A DNA stretch of 20,000 bases, taken from IMG/VR virus record IMGVR_UViG_3300020438_003889, one strand, 5' to 3'. The first letter of the stretch is position 1; each line of letters begins with the position of its first letter. The position numbers were made by a program, and so were the translations under genes. Below are positions 9,923 through 18,728 of the stretch, piece by piece. The stretch comes from an uncultured virus (IMG/VR IMGVR_UViG_3300020438_003889) (lineage: Duplodnaviria; Heunggongvirae; Uroviricota; Caudoviricetes). The notes beneath the pieces are model-generated. The model worked only from the letters and a program-made list of their open reading frames with translations, was not told the DNA's origin and did not search any database.

Positions 9923-12715
9923 TTATAATCCTCCTAACACATGACCGTATGGTTTGCCTGTTTTTGGATCAATCATAATTCTTTTGTTGTTGTACTGTGC
10001 TGTTTTTTGTTTTACCAAAGGATCGTGCTTGTTGCCTTTAGTTTCTACTGTGTGTTTCACACCTTCTGAAACTGTGTGTTGGAATTGATCTGTGTTCATC
10101 ATAATTTTTGCATCTTCGATAGTGATATCATCTGAACTAGGATCATGAGGCTGTGTTGCAACTGTGTGCATTTTTCCATCAGGATGCCATCTTGATTGTG
10201 CGTTTTCACTGTATGAGAACGTACCGTTTGTTTTCTTTGACGTATCACCTTTAGGAATTTCAGGTTCAATGGAAGGATATGCTGTTGCATTTACTCCACC
10301 TTGGTTTTTAATTCTTATCATGTGAATGTCTTGTGTAAATCTTCCTTCTTCAAAGTTGCTGTCTACTTTATATACTTTATACAATCCCGAAAACCTAACA
10401 TCTTTTCCTGATTCAGCAAAATTGTATTTTCCTGATTTTTCATTAAAGTCTGTTGGAAATTTAAAATCAAGTGTGCATAAAGGCTCTGCTTCGTCAAGAG
10501 AGAATGATCCTGTTTCTTCGCTCCATGTGTTTCCTTTTATGGTTCCCCATTTTTTAGATACCATAACAGGATTTTTTGGATCATAGTTTGGCTCGTATGC
10601 CATTGGTATGTATTGATCCGATCCTATCCATGCTGGATCACCCATTATATTCATTGTTACTTTTATCATGTCTGCTAAAGGATTAGTTAGATAATCATAA
10701 AACTCTCTTGTTTTTGCAGACTTTTTATCGCTGTCAGACTCTCCGTTATTGACCGAACCCGACGATACTGGATGACTTCTGACTCCAAACAATTCATTTC
10801 CATATACGCCATCTCTGCCTACTATTGTTTTATCTTTTTTCTTGTCATTAAAATCTTTAATTTCTTTACTGTCATGATCTAGTGTATTAGCATCAGACAT
10901 TCTTGCTTGAAAAAATGCATACTTGTAATTGATGTTTAGATCTAGTACATCTAAATTTTGACCTGTATAGATGTAATTGTATTTTTTCTTAACTAATTTC
11001 CCCCATTTGCCTGCACCGGTCAACCCTGGTGCAACAAAATTTCCTATATGTATAAGATATGGTTGTATGTGATAGTGTATTGTTTTTCTATGCATCTTAT
11101 TGATACCATCTAAATCAGAATGTGTGTAAACACTGGTAATAATTTTAAACCATGGCACATACTCTTTCATAACTGCTTTGTCGGCCGAACCTGGCACACC
11201 ACCTTTGTATTCTGGTCTTTGTGATGCATCCATAGTTTTTTTCCAATACTTTTCTACAAAGTCTGTTGCTATGTCATTGTATGCATCAGTACGCATCATT
11301 ATGGCTTCAATTGTTGCAGGTATTGATGAATTATCTTTCATTTGTAAAGCCTTGATTGCTGGAGTATTTTTTATAATTGCATTCTGTAATCCAACATCAA
11401 CACCTTCAAACTTTTTGTAATCAATTTTCTTTGATCCTATAGGCGGCAAATCAAATTTTCCAATATTCCAGAAAGTCATGGGATCTCCAGACGATTCTAC
11501 TTTTTGACCTGCAAAATAAGGATCGTATGTTATTCTGTATTCGTCTTTAAATTCTCTTTGTTTTTTTGTTATTTCAGTATCTTGTATTTTGTCTATGCCG
11601 TTTATTATGGACTCAAACTGTTCTGCTATATTTCTTCCTGTTACTTCGATTGGTCCTCTAACGTAGTTAAATCTGTTAACCATTGCAAACTCTGTGTAAG
11701 GTACAGCAGTCAGAGTATACTTCGAACCTCCTTGGTTTATATCAACTGTTGAGTTTACTAGTTTGATTGGATATTGTTTTTTTGTTAACCCCGGAACGCC
11801 TTTAACTACATTGCCTTTTGAATCATAACCTACAAATTCTAGTGTTAATAAAAATGGTGCATCCATGTGATCTATGTAACCACAATTAAGAGCCGCTCCA
11901 CGTAGTTTTTCGTACAATGTTACACCAAATGGTTCGGACAACTCAAAATCTATCTTGGTAAAATTCATTAGTTTTCTATCTTCGTTGGGTGCATGAATTC
12001 CTTCTACATTTACTCTTTCAAAATAGATATCATGGTTGTCTTTTAATATGTCCGAAGAAAACTTTCTATACGGATCGTATTTTTTCCTAACTGCATCATC
12101 TCTTTCTGCGTTGGCTCTACTTTCGTGTATACTTCCTCCTTGCTCTGATTTAACAAAATTTTCGTTACTAAAACTTCCGCCGGTTCCTATACCACCTGAT
12201 TTTGCAATAATATCGTGTGGTGTTTGAGTTATTATGTTAGCAGGAAATCTCACGTCGCCTTCGGTTAAACCTGACAATGTCCAAATGTAATTGTAACTTG
12301 CAAATTGGTGTAATACATTAGTGTGAGTAAATTGTCTTTCACTTTGTTGGTATCTATTACTATACATTTTTTTAGATTCAACAGAATTTGAATTTGTTGT
12401 TGCTTCTGATGTATCTACGTCTTTGACTGTTTCAGATTCTATATCGTGTATAAACTCTTCAGTTTTGTTCTGTAAACTTTTATTATTCTTATAAGAATTT
12501 TTATGAATATGACTTAGGTTGCTGTTTTCAAGTTTTTCTTCTACTGTGGCTCCGGATGCCGAGTCTGACGTTGTTGCTTCTGCTATGTCAGATGCAACTA
12601 TTGTTTCTAAATCTAAAGCAAATAAATTTACTCTATGTTCTTTGAAGTACGCCATCTTCTCGTCGTAGTTCATTTTTTTAAATGCTTGAATTTCTGCGGA
12701 AGTGAAATCTGCCAT
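9923..12715 (-). CDS. Putative baseplate hub protein (gp27/gpD-like), 930 aa
   Basis: Lies between the LysM/gp53-like gene and the spike, the usual hub position. C-terminal VTMNIMGDPAWI and FSGLYKVYKVDSNFEEGRFTQDIHMIR resemble the terminal barrel of hub proteins. Confidence 0.6.
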   Translation of the reverse strand: MADFTSAEIQAFKKMNYDEKMAYFKEHRVNLFALDLETIVASDIAEATTSDSASGATVEEKLENSNLSHIHKNSYKNNKSLQNKTEEFIHDIESETVKDVDTSEATTNSNSVESKKMYSNRYQQSERQFTHTNVLHQFASYNYIWTLSGLTEGDVRFPANIITQTPHDIIAKSGGIGTGGSFSNENFVKSEQGGSIHESRANAERDDAVRKKYDPYRKFSSDILKDNHDIYFERVNVEGIHAPNEDRKLMNFTKIDFELSEPFGVTLYEKLRGAALNCGYIDHMDAPFLLTLEFVGYDSKGNVVKGVPGLTKKQYPIKLVNSTVDINQGGSKYTLTAVPYTEFAMVNRFNYVRGPIEVTGRNIAEQFESIINGIDKIQDTEITKKQREFKDEYRITYDPYFAGQKVESSGDPMTFWNIGKFDLPPIGSKKIDYKKFEGVDVGLQNAIIKNTPAIKALQMKDNSSIPATIEAIMMRTDAYNDIATDFVEKYWKKTMDASQRPEYKGGVPGSADKAVMKEYVPWFKIITSVYTHSDLDGINKMHRKTIHYHIQPYLIHIGNFVAPGLTGAGKWGKLVKKKYNYIYTGQNLDVLDLNINYKYAFFQARMSDANTLDHDSKEIKDFNDKKKDKTIVGRDGVYGNELFGVRSHPVSSGSVNNGESDSDKKSAKTREFYDYLTNPLADMIKVTMNIMGDPAWIGSDQYIPMAYEPNYDPKNPVMVSKKWGTIKGNTWSEETGSFSLDEAEPLCTLDFKFPTDFNEKSGKYNFAESGKDVRFSGLYKVYKVDSNFEEGRFTQDIHMIRIKNQGGVNATAYPSIEPEIPKGDTSKKTNGTFSYSENAQSRWHPDGKMHTVATQPHDPSSDDITIEDAKIMMNTDQFQHTVSEGVKHTVETKGNKHDPLVKQKTAQYNNKRIMIDPKTGKPYGHVLGGL

Positions 12716-12716
12716 T

Positions 12717-13016
12717 TTACAATCCTAGATCGTTTTGCAAATTACTTAATTTTGGTATTCTTATTACAGTTCCTGGTTTGAAGTCGTATATTGGATCTTC
12801 TATTTCGTTTGGATTTCGTTGAGCAAACACCCACCATAACCTTGGAGTACCATATAAGTCAAATGCCAATAGGTCTGGTCTGTATGCATATATTCTATCA
12901 ATCTCATACTGAATATCATCTGCACCACCTGTTATAGGTCTAGGATTGAAAATACTTAAATGTGTATCTGTTTGTTCAGTGTTAAGATACGGAGATGTGT
13001 TTGAATATTTTGCCAT
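12717..13016 (-). CDS. gp53: Baseplate wedge LysM-like protein (gp53 / tail X-like)
   Basis: YRPDLLAFDLYGTPRLWWVFAQRN...DPIYDFKPGTVIRIP is the gp53/LysM-type signature. Start overlaps the upstream stop (TAATG). Confidence 0.8.
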   Translation of the reverse strand: MAKYSNTSPYLNTEQTDTHLSIFNPRPITGGADDIQYEIDRIYAYRPDLLAFDLYGTPRLWWVFAQRNPNEIEDPIYDFKPGTVIRIPKLSNLQNDLGL

Positions 13017-13921
13017 TAAATGAATCCTACCCCGTCTTTGTTTTGTAAATCACCAGATATAAAATCTTTCATATTAAATTTCTTAATTGTATCTCTAGAG
13101 TATACTGGTTGTAATTGTATTGTGAATAAACTTTGTGTCGGTGCCCACGTTTCAGGAAGAGCACTATCTTGATCCATTGTTCTCATCTCATTTGGATTCA
13201 TTGTGTCTGCACCTGAATTCATTGCTCCGCCCATTCCCATTTGACTTGTAGAAATATAATCTATTCCTTCTCTTAATTCACAAGTGAATGTACTGATAAC
13301 ACAAGGAATATTTTTAAACACATGATTTCCGTATCCGTTGAGTGTACATATCGGAGGAGGATTTCCTCTGTTTGCATCACCTTCTTCTCCGCCAAAAAAC
13401 ATTTTTGTTGCCGATCTTAAAAAGTGTAATGTTGCCACCCAATACAATGCGTCTTGTTGATTCTGTACTGGAAATTCTGCAACTATTGTCATGTTTGCAG
13501 GCTCAGAATTTTGATATGCGTAAAATGGATAGTTGGCATGGGTTGTTGCTAATGGATTATAATTTGCATTGTGTTGCAAAATAACCGAAGGTGTTAATGG
13601 AAATATAATTCCGCCTTCTTCTGCCAATGGTCCCAAAATATTTGATTTTGATTGTGATTCAGTTTTACCGCCGCCATTGAAAAAGAAGTTGTACATATCC
13701 TCTCCTTTACGTAGAGTTAGTTTGACTCTCCAATCTGTTTGCTTTGATCTTCTAGACCATTTTGCTGTTGTGTTTGCTGACATTGGCCCTTCACCACCAG
13801 GTGGTAAACCTGCGCCAAATAGACGGCCTAGTGTTCTACTAAAAATATTGCCCCCACTGGTTTTAAACACCTCTGTTAGGGTCTTCTTATCAGGACTAAA
13901 TTTATCTTCAATATCTGCCAT
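13016..13921 (-). CDS. Putative tail tube initiator / baseplate protein (gp48/gp54-like)
   Basis: IIFPLTPSV, PPPICTLNGYGNHVFKNIPCVISTFT resemble tube-fold initiator proteins of contractile tails. First gene after a late promoter, directly before the LysM gene. Confidence 0.6.
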   Translation of the reverse strand: MADIEDKFSPDKKTLTEVFKTSGGNIFSRTLGRLFGAGLPPGGEGPMSANTTAKWSRRSKQTDWRVKLTLRKGEDMYNFFFNGGGKTESQSKSNILGPLAEEGGIIFPLTPSVILQHNANYNPLATTHANYPFYAYQNSEPANMTIVAEFPVQNQQDALYWVATLHFLRSATKMFFGGEEGDANRGNPPPICTLNGYGNHVFKNIPCVISTFTCELREGIDYISTSQMGMGGAMNSGADTMNPNEMRTMDQDSALPETWAPTQSLFTIQLQPVYSRDTIKKFNMKDFISGDLQNKDGVGFI

Positions 13922-13931
13922 ATTTTTCCGG

Positions 13932-13960
13932 TTGCGTTTTCAGTTTAATAATTGTATACT
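13932..13960 (+). promoter_or_regulatory. Sigma70-type promoter for the gp55-gp47-gp46 operon
   Basis: TTGCGT (13932-13937), 17-nt spacer, TATACT (13955-13960). Confidence 0.6.
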
Positions 13961-13967
13961 TTAACTA

Positions 13968-13975
13968 TATTTATA
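13968..13975 (-). promoter_or_regulatory. T4-type late promoter TATAAATA for the baseplate operon
   Basis: Exact TATAAATA on the minus strand, 46 nt upstream of the ATG at 13921. Confidence 0.8.
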
Positions 13976-14081
13976 GGCACAATTTTAGGCGTATTTAATT
14001 CCCGTTACGGCACACTTTAACAGACCTGTTTGTGGTCAACTTTACAACAATTATAACAGCAATAGCAAAAAGCAAGGAAAA

Positions 14082-15125
14082 ATGAGAAGAGTAAAGTACC
14101 TAAATAACAGAGACCTACTAATACAAATACACAAAAGCAAGATGACCTATAGTTCATTTGTGGACGAGGGTGATGAGTTTTTTGATGTCATTGTGCCTGC
14201 AAAAGAAAAAATTAACATTAGATCCATTGCAATGGCTAAAAAAACAAGGGCCAAAAAATTAACACAGGAAGCATGGGAAAAAGCAAAAGAAGATGGCCAG
14301 AAAAAAATTAAATTAACTGACTTTACTGTTTCGCCTAGAAAAATTGATAAGACTGATTTAGTATTTAGAGTCATGACATTTGATCATATACCCGAAGATG
14401 CTGATAGAAAAAGAAATCCAAAGTCCGTGGCAGACAGACACGTTAAAGTTAACTTTCCTCCATACCAACATTATAAAATTGACAAAAAAGGAAAACTATA
14501 CTGTGTAGGAAAATCACATTGGGAAGGTGGTATGTCAAATGGTAACTTCAAACTGGATGGTGGAAAGATTACAAACGAACTTGCAAGAATGTTTATGAAA
14601 TTGTGTGAACGTTACGGTACAAGAGCAAACTGGAGAGGTTACACTTATAATGACGAGATGCAATCACAAGCACTGATGCAATTATCACAGATTGGTTTAC
14701 AGTTTGATGAATCAAAATCAGAGAATCCGTTTGCATATTATACTGCGGCAATAACAAATTCATTTACAAGAATTTTAAACATTGAAAAGAAAAATCAAAA
14801 CATTAGAGACGACTTGTTAGAGCAAGAACACATGAAGCCATCATTTACAAGACAGAATGCAAACGAGTTAGCAACTGAATCATATCAAAAGAAAGTTAAA
14901 AGTCTGCATGGAGCAGTAAGAATGGCAACAAAGACATCTATTAAAGAACTAAACAAAAAATTAAAAAAAGAAAAAAGAAACAAAATGAGAGATGAGGACG
15001 ACGATAAAAAAATTACCGATACACTCCATGATGACGAACACGAGATGTTAAAATACAAAGATATAAAACCTGAAGATATTAAACCTCCTGTAATGAAGAC
15101 TTGGGGTACTAGAGGTAAGAAGTAA
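14082..15125 (+). CDS. gp55: RNA polymerase sigma factor for late transcription, gp55-like (enlarged, 347 aa)
   Basis: KYLNNRDLL N-terminus and NWRGYTYNDEM...FDESKSENPFAYYTAAITNSFTRILNIEKK core match the gp55 family. Adjacent to gp47/gp46. AAGGA RBS. Confidence 0.88.
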   Translation: MRRVKYLNNRDLLIQIHKSKMTYSSFVDEGDEFFDVIVPAKEKINIRSIAMAKKTRAKKLTQEAWEKAKEDGQKKIKLTDFTVSPRKIDKTDLVFRVMTFDHIPEDADRKRNPKSVADRHVKVNFPPYQHYKIDKKGKLYCVGKSHWEGGMSNGNFKLDGGKITNELARMFMKLCERYGTRANWRGYTYNDEMQSQALMQLSQIGLQFDESKSENPFAYYTAAITNSFTRILNIEKKNQNIRDDLLEQEHMKPSFTRQNANELATESYQKKVKSLHGAVRMATKTSIKELNKKLKKEKRNKMRDEDDDKKITDTLHDDEHEMLKYKDIKPEDIKPPVMKTWGTRGKK

Positions 15126-15126
15126 T

Positions 15127-16149
15127 ATGGCTTTTTTTAAAAAGGTAGCCTGTTTCACGGACATACATTTCGGACTAAAAGGTAATTCTCGAGTACACAA
15201 CGATGATTGCGAATCATTTATCTATTGGTTTATTGAACAAGCCAAAGCAGAAGGATGTGACACTTGTATATTCCTAGGTGATTGGCACCATCACAGATCA
15301 GCCACAAACGTTTCTACTATGAACTATACTGTTTCTAACATGGAACGTTTAGGTGCGGCATTTGAAAAAGTTTATGTAATGATGGGTAACCATGATTTAT
15401 TCTACAGAGAAAAAAGAGAAATTAACTCTATGGAATTTATTAGAAACATTCCAAACATTGTAATGGTTAACGAATGGATAGAAGACGATGACGTTGCAAT
15501 TATTCCATGGATCGTAGGAGATGAATGGAAAAAAATTGCAAAAATGAAAAAGAAGTATGTGTTTGGACACTTTGAACTACCATACTTTAAAATGAATGCA
15601 ATGATTGATATGCCCGATGTTGGTACAATCAAAACAGATCATTTCGCAGGATGTGAAAAAGTATTTTCAGGACATTTTCATAAAAGACAACAAATGAAAA
15701 ATGTAACTTATATGGGTAATGCGTTTCCTCACAACTACGCAGATGCCGGAGATGATGAAAGAGGAATGATGGTATTAGAGTGGGGTGGTGAGCCTAAGTA
15801 TATTAATTGGCCTGATTGTCCAAAGTACAGACATATTAAAATAAGCGAACTGTTAAAAAATGCAGACGATTTGCTAGACAAAAATATGTATGTTAGAGTT
15901 GGTTTAGATATTAAAATAAGTTACGAAGAAGCAAACTTTATTAGAGAAACATTCATTGACAAATACAATTTAAGAGAATTACAACTAATACCAGAACAGG
16001 TAGATAATGCACAACAACCGCTTGTTGAAGTACAAAAGTTTGATTCAGTAGATCAAATTGTTTTAAAACAACTGGAAGGTGTTGATTCCGAAACGTATGA
16101 TAAAAACATCTTGATGGCAATTTATAGGAATTTAGATGTTAACCATTAA
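15127..16149 (+). CDS. gp47: Recombination endonuclease subunit (Mre11/SbcD-like metallophosphoesterase)
   Basis: Motifs DIHFG, GDWHH, GNHD, GHFE, SGHFH. Confidence 0.93.
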   Translation: MAFFKKVACFTDIHFGLKGNSRVHNDDCESFIYWFIEQAKAEGCDTCIFLGDWHHHRSATNVSTMNYTVSNMERLGAAFEKVYVMMGNHDLFYREKREINSMEFIRNIPNIVMVNEWIEDDDVAIIPWIVGDEWKKIAKMKKKYVFGHFELPYFKMNAMIDMPDVGTIKTDHFAGCEKVFSGHFHKRQQMKNVTYMGNAFPHNYADAGDDERGMMVLEWGGEPKYINWPDCPKYRHIKISELLKNADDLLDKNMYVRVGLDIKISYEEANFIRETFIDKYNLRELQLIPEQVDNAQQPLVEVQKFDSVDQIVLKQLEGVDSETYDKNILMAIYRNLDVNH

Positions 16150-17911
16150 ATCATTATCAGTAAAAAACTTCATGAGTGTAGGTAATACTGCACAAGGTAT
16201 TAATTTTGACAACAAAAGCCTTGTTCTAGTAATTGGTGAAAACATGGATCTAGGCGGTGACGATGCCGGTGCTAGGAATGGTACTGGTAAGACTACAATT
16301 ATTAACGCACTATCATATGTGTTTTACGGAGAAGCATTAACAAGTATCAGGAGAGATAATCTTGTAAACAAAACTAACGAAAAAGGCATGATGGTTTCTG
16401 TGTCGTTTGTTAAAAACAATATTACATATACTATTGAAAGAGGTAGAAAACCTCAAGTGTTTAGATTCTATGCAAACGAAATAGAACAGAATACAGAGAG
16501 TAACGAAGCACAAGGTGAGAACAAAGAAACACAGCAAGAAATAAACAAATTGCTTGGTATGACCCATGCCATGTTTAAAAACATAATTGCACTAAACACT
16601 TACACTTTACCGTTCCTTGCAACTAAACAAGGCGAACAGAGAGAAATTATTGAACAGTTGCTTGGTATAACACTCTTAAGTGAAAAATCAGATCTTTTAA
16701 AAGAACAAATGAAAGCAACTAAAAACGAGTTGCAAGAAGAAAAGATAAAACTAGATGCAAAAAATGCCTCTAACGAAAAAATACAAGAGTCTATCGAAAG
16801 TTTAAAAATAAGATCTAGTGCTTGGCAAAGTCAAAAAGATCAAGATTCTGTAAACTTTGCTCAAGCAATAGCAGAGTTAGAAAAAGTGGATATTAAAGCA
16901 GAATTAGAAGCACACAAAAAAGCACAATCTCACAGTGAAAATTATTTGAAACTACTGGGTTTACAAAAAGAAAAAGCATATCATGACGATGCGTTTACTA
17001 GAGCAGAAACAAATGTAACTAAAACCGAATCTGATTTAAAATTTGCAGAACAGGCCAAGTGTCCAACTTGTGAACAATCATTGCATGATGAAAAACACAA
17101 ACAACTAACTGATAATTTAATTGCTACACTGAATGAAAGTAAAGCAGACGTTACAAAAGCAAAAACTGATATTAATAATGTACAAAAGAGTATTGACGAT
17201 ATCGGCGATTTAGGACAAACTCCAGATACCTATTATGACAGCATCGATGAAGCATACAATCACAAAGGTTCATTAAAAGATTTACAAAGACAACTAGAAC
17301 AAAACGAAGCCAAAGAAGATCCTTATGCAGAACAGGTAGAAGAACTAAACAAATCTGCAATACAAAAAATTGATTACACAATTATAAACGAACTCGAAGA
17401 TCTAAACAGACATCAAGACTTTTTGTACAAACTGTTAACAGCAAAAGATTCATTTATAAGAACAAGAATTATTGAACAGAACTTAACATATCTAAATCAA
17501 AGATTGGCATATTATCTAGGACAAGTAAAACTTCCGCACACAGTTACATTCCAAAGTGACTTGACTGTGCGTATTGAAGAACTAGGTAGAGAACTTGATT
17601 TTGATAACTTGAGTAGAGGCGAAAGAAACAGATTAATATTATCTTTGAGTTGGGCATTTAGAGATGTATGGGAATCACTTTATCAACAGATCAACTTGTT
17701 GTTCATTGATGAATTGGTAGATGCTGGTATGGACGCATCTGGCGTTGAATCTTCTATTGCTGTATTGAAAGACATGAGTAGAACACAGCAAAAGAATATT
17801 TTCCTAATATCTCACAAAGATGAACTGGTAAGCAGAGTGAATTCTGTACTGAAAGTAGTAAAAGAAAACGGTTTTACCAATTATGAAAATGATGTGGATA
17901 TTATTGTTTAG
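16136..17911 (+). CDS. gp46: Recombination endonuclease ATPase subunit (Rad50/SbcC-like)
   Basis: KNFMSVGN, Walker A NGTGKTT, coiled coils around a CPTC zinc hook, signature LSRGE, Walker B LLFIDE, ISH switch. Overlaps gp47 by 14 nt. Confidence 0.94.
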   Translation: MLTIKSLSVKNFMSVGNTAQGINFDNKSLVLVIGENMDLGGDDAGARNGTGKTTIINALSYVFYGEALTSIRRDNLVNKTNEKGMMVSVSFVKNNITYTIERGRKPQVFRFYANEIEQNTESNEAQGENKETQQEINKLLGMTHAMFKNIIALNTYTLPFLATKQGEQREIIEQLLGITLLSEKSDLLKEQMKATKNELQEEKIKLDAKNASNEKIQESIESLKIRSSAWQSQKDQDSVNFAQAIAELEKVDIKAELEAHKKAQSHSENYLKLLGLQKEKAYHDDAFTRAETNVTKTESDLKFAEQAKCPTCEQSLHDEKHKQLTDNLIATLNESKADVTKAKTDINNVQKSIDDIGDLGQTPDTYYDSIDEAYNHKGSLKDLQRQLEQNEAKEDPYAEQVEELNKSAIQKIDYTIINELEDLNRHQDFLYKLLTAKDSFIRTRIIEQNLTYLNQRLAYYLGQVKLPHTVTFQSDLTVRIEELGRELDFDNLSRGERNRLILSLSWAFRDVWESLYQQINLLFIDELVDAGMDASGVESSIAVLKDMSRTQQKNIFLISHKDELVSRVNSVLKVVKENGFTNYENDVDIIV

Positions 17912-17918
17912 ATTTTAC

Positions 17919-17948
17919 TTGACAAAACCAGATCATACGTGCTTTAAT
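17919..17948 (+). promoter_or_regulatory. Sigma70-type promoter for the 63-aa basic protein
   Basis: Perfect TTGACA (17919-17924), 18-nt spacer ending TGC, TTTAAT (17943-17948). GAAGGA RBS before the ATG at 17989. Confidence 0.6.
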
Positions 17949-17988
17949 AAAAGATATATTAATTAATAATATAAAGAAGGATATAATT

Positions 17989-18180
17989 ATGTCAGAAACA
18001 CATGAACAGATCATGACTGAGATTCAAACTTACTCTGAAGAGAATCAAAAATTCACAGAGAAAGGTGTTAAAGCAAGTGCCACAAGAGCAAGAAAGGCAT
18101 TAGCATCTCTTTCAAAATTGATCAAAGCAAGAAGAAAAGAAATTCAAGAAGTTAAAAACGCGGCAAAGACAGCGGCGTAA
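17989..18180 (+). CDS. Small basic histone H1-like (Hc1-family) putative DNA-binding protein
   Basis: KGVKASATRARKALASLSKLIKARRKEI resembles the G(N/V)KAA..RARK core of Hc1-like proteins. Strong RBS, own promoter and terminator. Confidence 0.65.
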   Translation: MSETHEQIMTEIQTYSEENQKFTEKGVKASATRARKALASLSKLIKARRKEIQEVKNAAKTAA

Positions 18181-18203
18181 TTTTTAATTATTGAGATCTC
18201 ATT

Positions 18204-18238
18204 AAAGCCTGTGCAATTATGTTGTGCAGGCTTTTTTT
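18204..18238 (+). terminator. Rho-independent terminator between convergent genes (possibly bidirectional)
   Basis: AAAGCCTGTGCAA-ttatg-TTGTGCAGGCTTT stem (two G-U pairs on the plus strand) ending in a T7 run. Confidence 0.85.
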
Positions 18239-18671
18239 ACGACTCGAGAATACCTTTGCTTTTTTTCTCTCTGATAATTCCAGATCCGTGTATTCGCACT
18301 CTGATATGACCGTTGTAATAATCATCAGTCTCAAGAACTTTACGTGCAAATTGTTCTCTGGCTTCTATGTAGGATAGTTCTGCTCTGGATTTACAATAAA
18401 AAAGTATTTCTCGTGTAAATTTGTCTTTACCAAGTTTTTGGACATCTTCGGTCAAAGCATCACTTGAACCAAAATACTCTTTCCAATCTGATTCCACTGT
18501 ATATCTGCGTTTGTTGACTCTCCCTTTTAACGGAGGTCTTGCTTTTTTGAACTCTGCTAACTTTTTACCAATATATTTCCTACCATTAGTTGTATTTGTG
18601 ATCTGATACACGAACCCAACTACACCTTCTGGTACTTCATCTACTATTTCTTCTTTGTATGTCCACTGCAT
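18237..18671 (-). CDS. GIY-YIG family endonuclease (144 aa from ATG 18671)
   Basis: GFVYQITNTTNGRKYIGKK (GIY-YIG), YFGSS, FTREIL, conserved E (YIEAREQF) and YYN. ATG at 18671 preferred over the TTG at 18689. Confidence 0.88.
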   Translation of the reverse strand: MQWTYKEEIVDEVPEGVVGFVYQITNTTNGRKYIGKKLAEFKKARPPLKGRVNKRRYTVESDWKEYFGSSDALTEDVQKLGKDKFTREILFYCKSRAELSYIEAREQFARKVLETDDYYNGHIRVRIHGSGIIREKKSKGILES

Positions 18672-18676
18672 ACTAC

Positions 18677-18684
18677 TATTTAAA
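18677..18684 (-). promoter_or_regulatory. Late promoter variant TTTAAATA, 5 nt before the GIY-YIG ATG
   Basis: Minus strand reads TTTAAATA-gtagt-ATG with no SD. Confidence 0.55.
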
Positions 18685-18694
18685 GCCAAAAAGA

Positions 18695-18723
18695 TTGACC
18701 TGTAAAAATGTTTATGTTATATA
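18695..18723 (+). promoter_or_regulatory. Sigma70-type promoter facing the non-coding region
   Basis: TTGACC (18695-18700), 17-nt spacer ending TGT, TATATA (18718-18723). No plus-strand ORF follows. Confidence 0.6.
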
Positions 18724-18728
18724 CAAGT

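Noticed and set aside
60..13964. Plus-strand ORFs in the track (e.g. 60-326, 4914-5312, 7679-8212, 13569-13964)
   Set aside because: Antisense shadows of long minus-strand structural genes, with no motifs or RBS.
13992..13998. Second late-promoter-like TTAAATA on the minus strand
   Set aside because: Imperfect, common in AT-rich DNA, and redundant with the exact box at 13968-75.
18672..18689. TTG start at 18689 for the GIY-YIG gene
   Set aside because: The extension overlaps the late promoter box; ATG 18671 (MQWTY) matches the usual N-terminus of this family.
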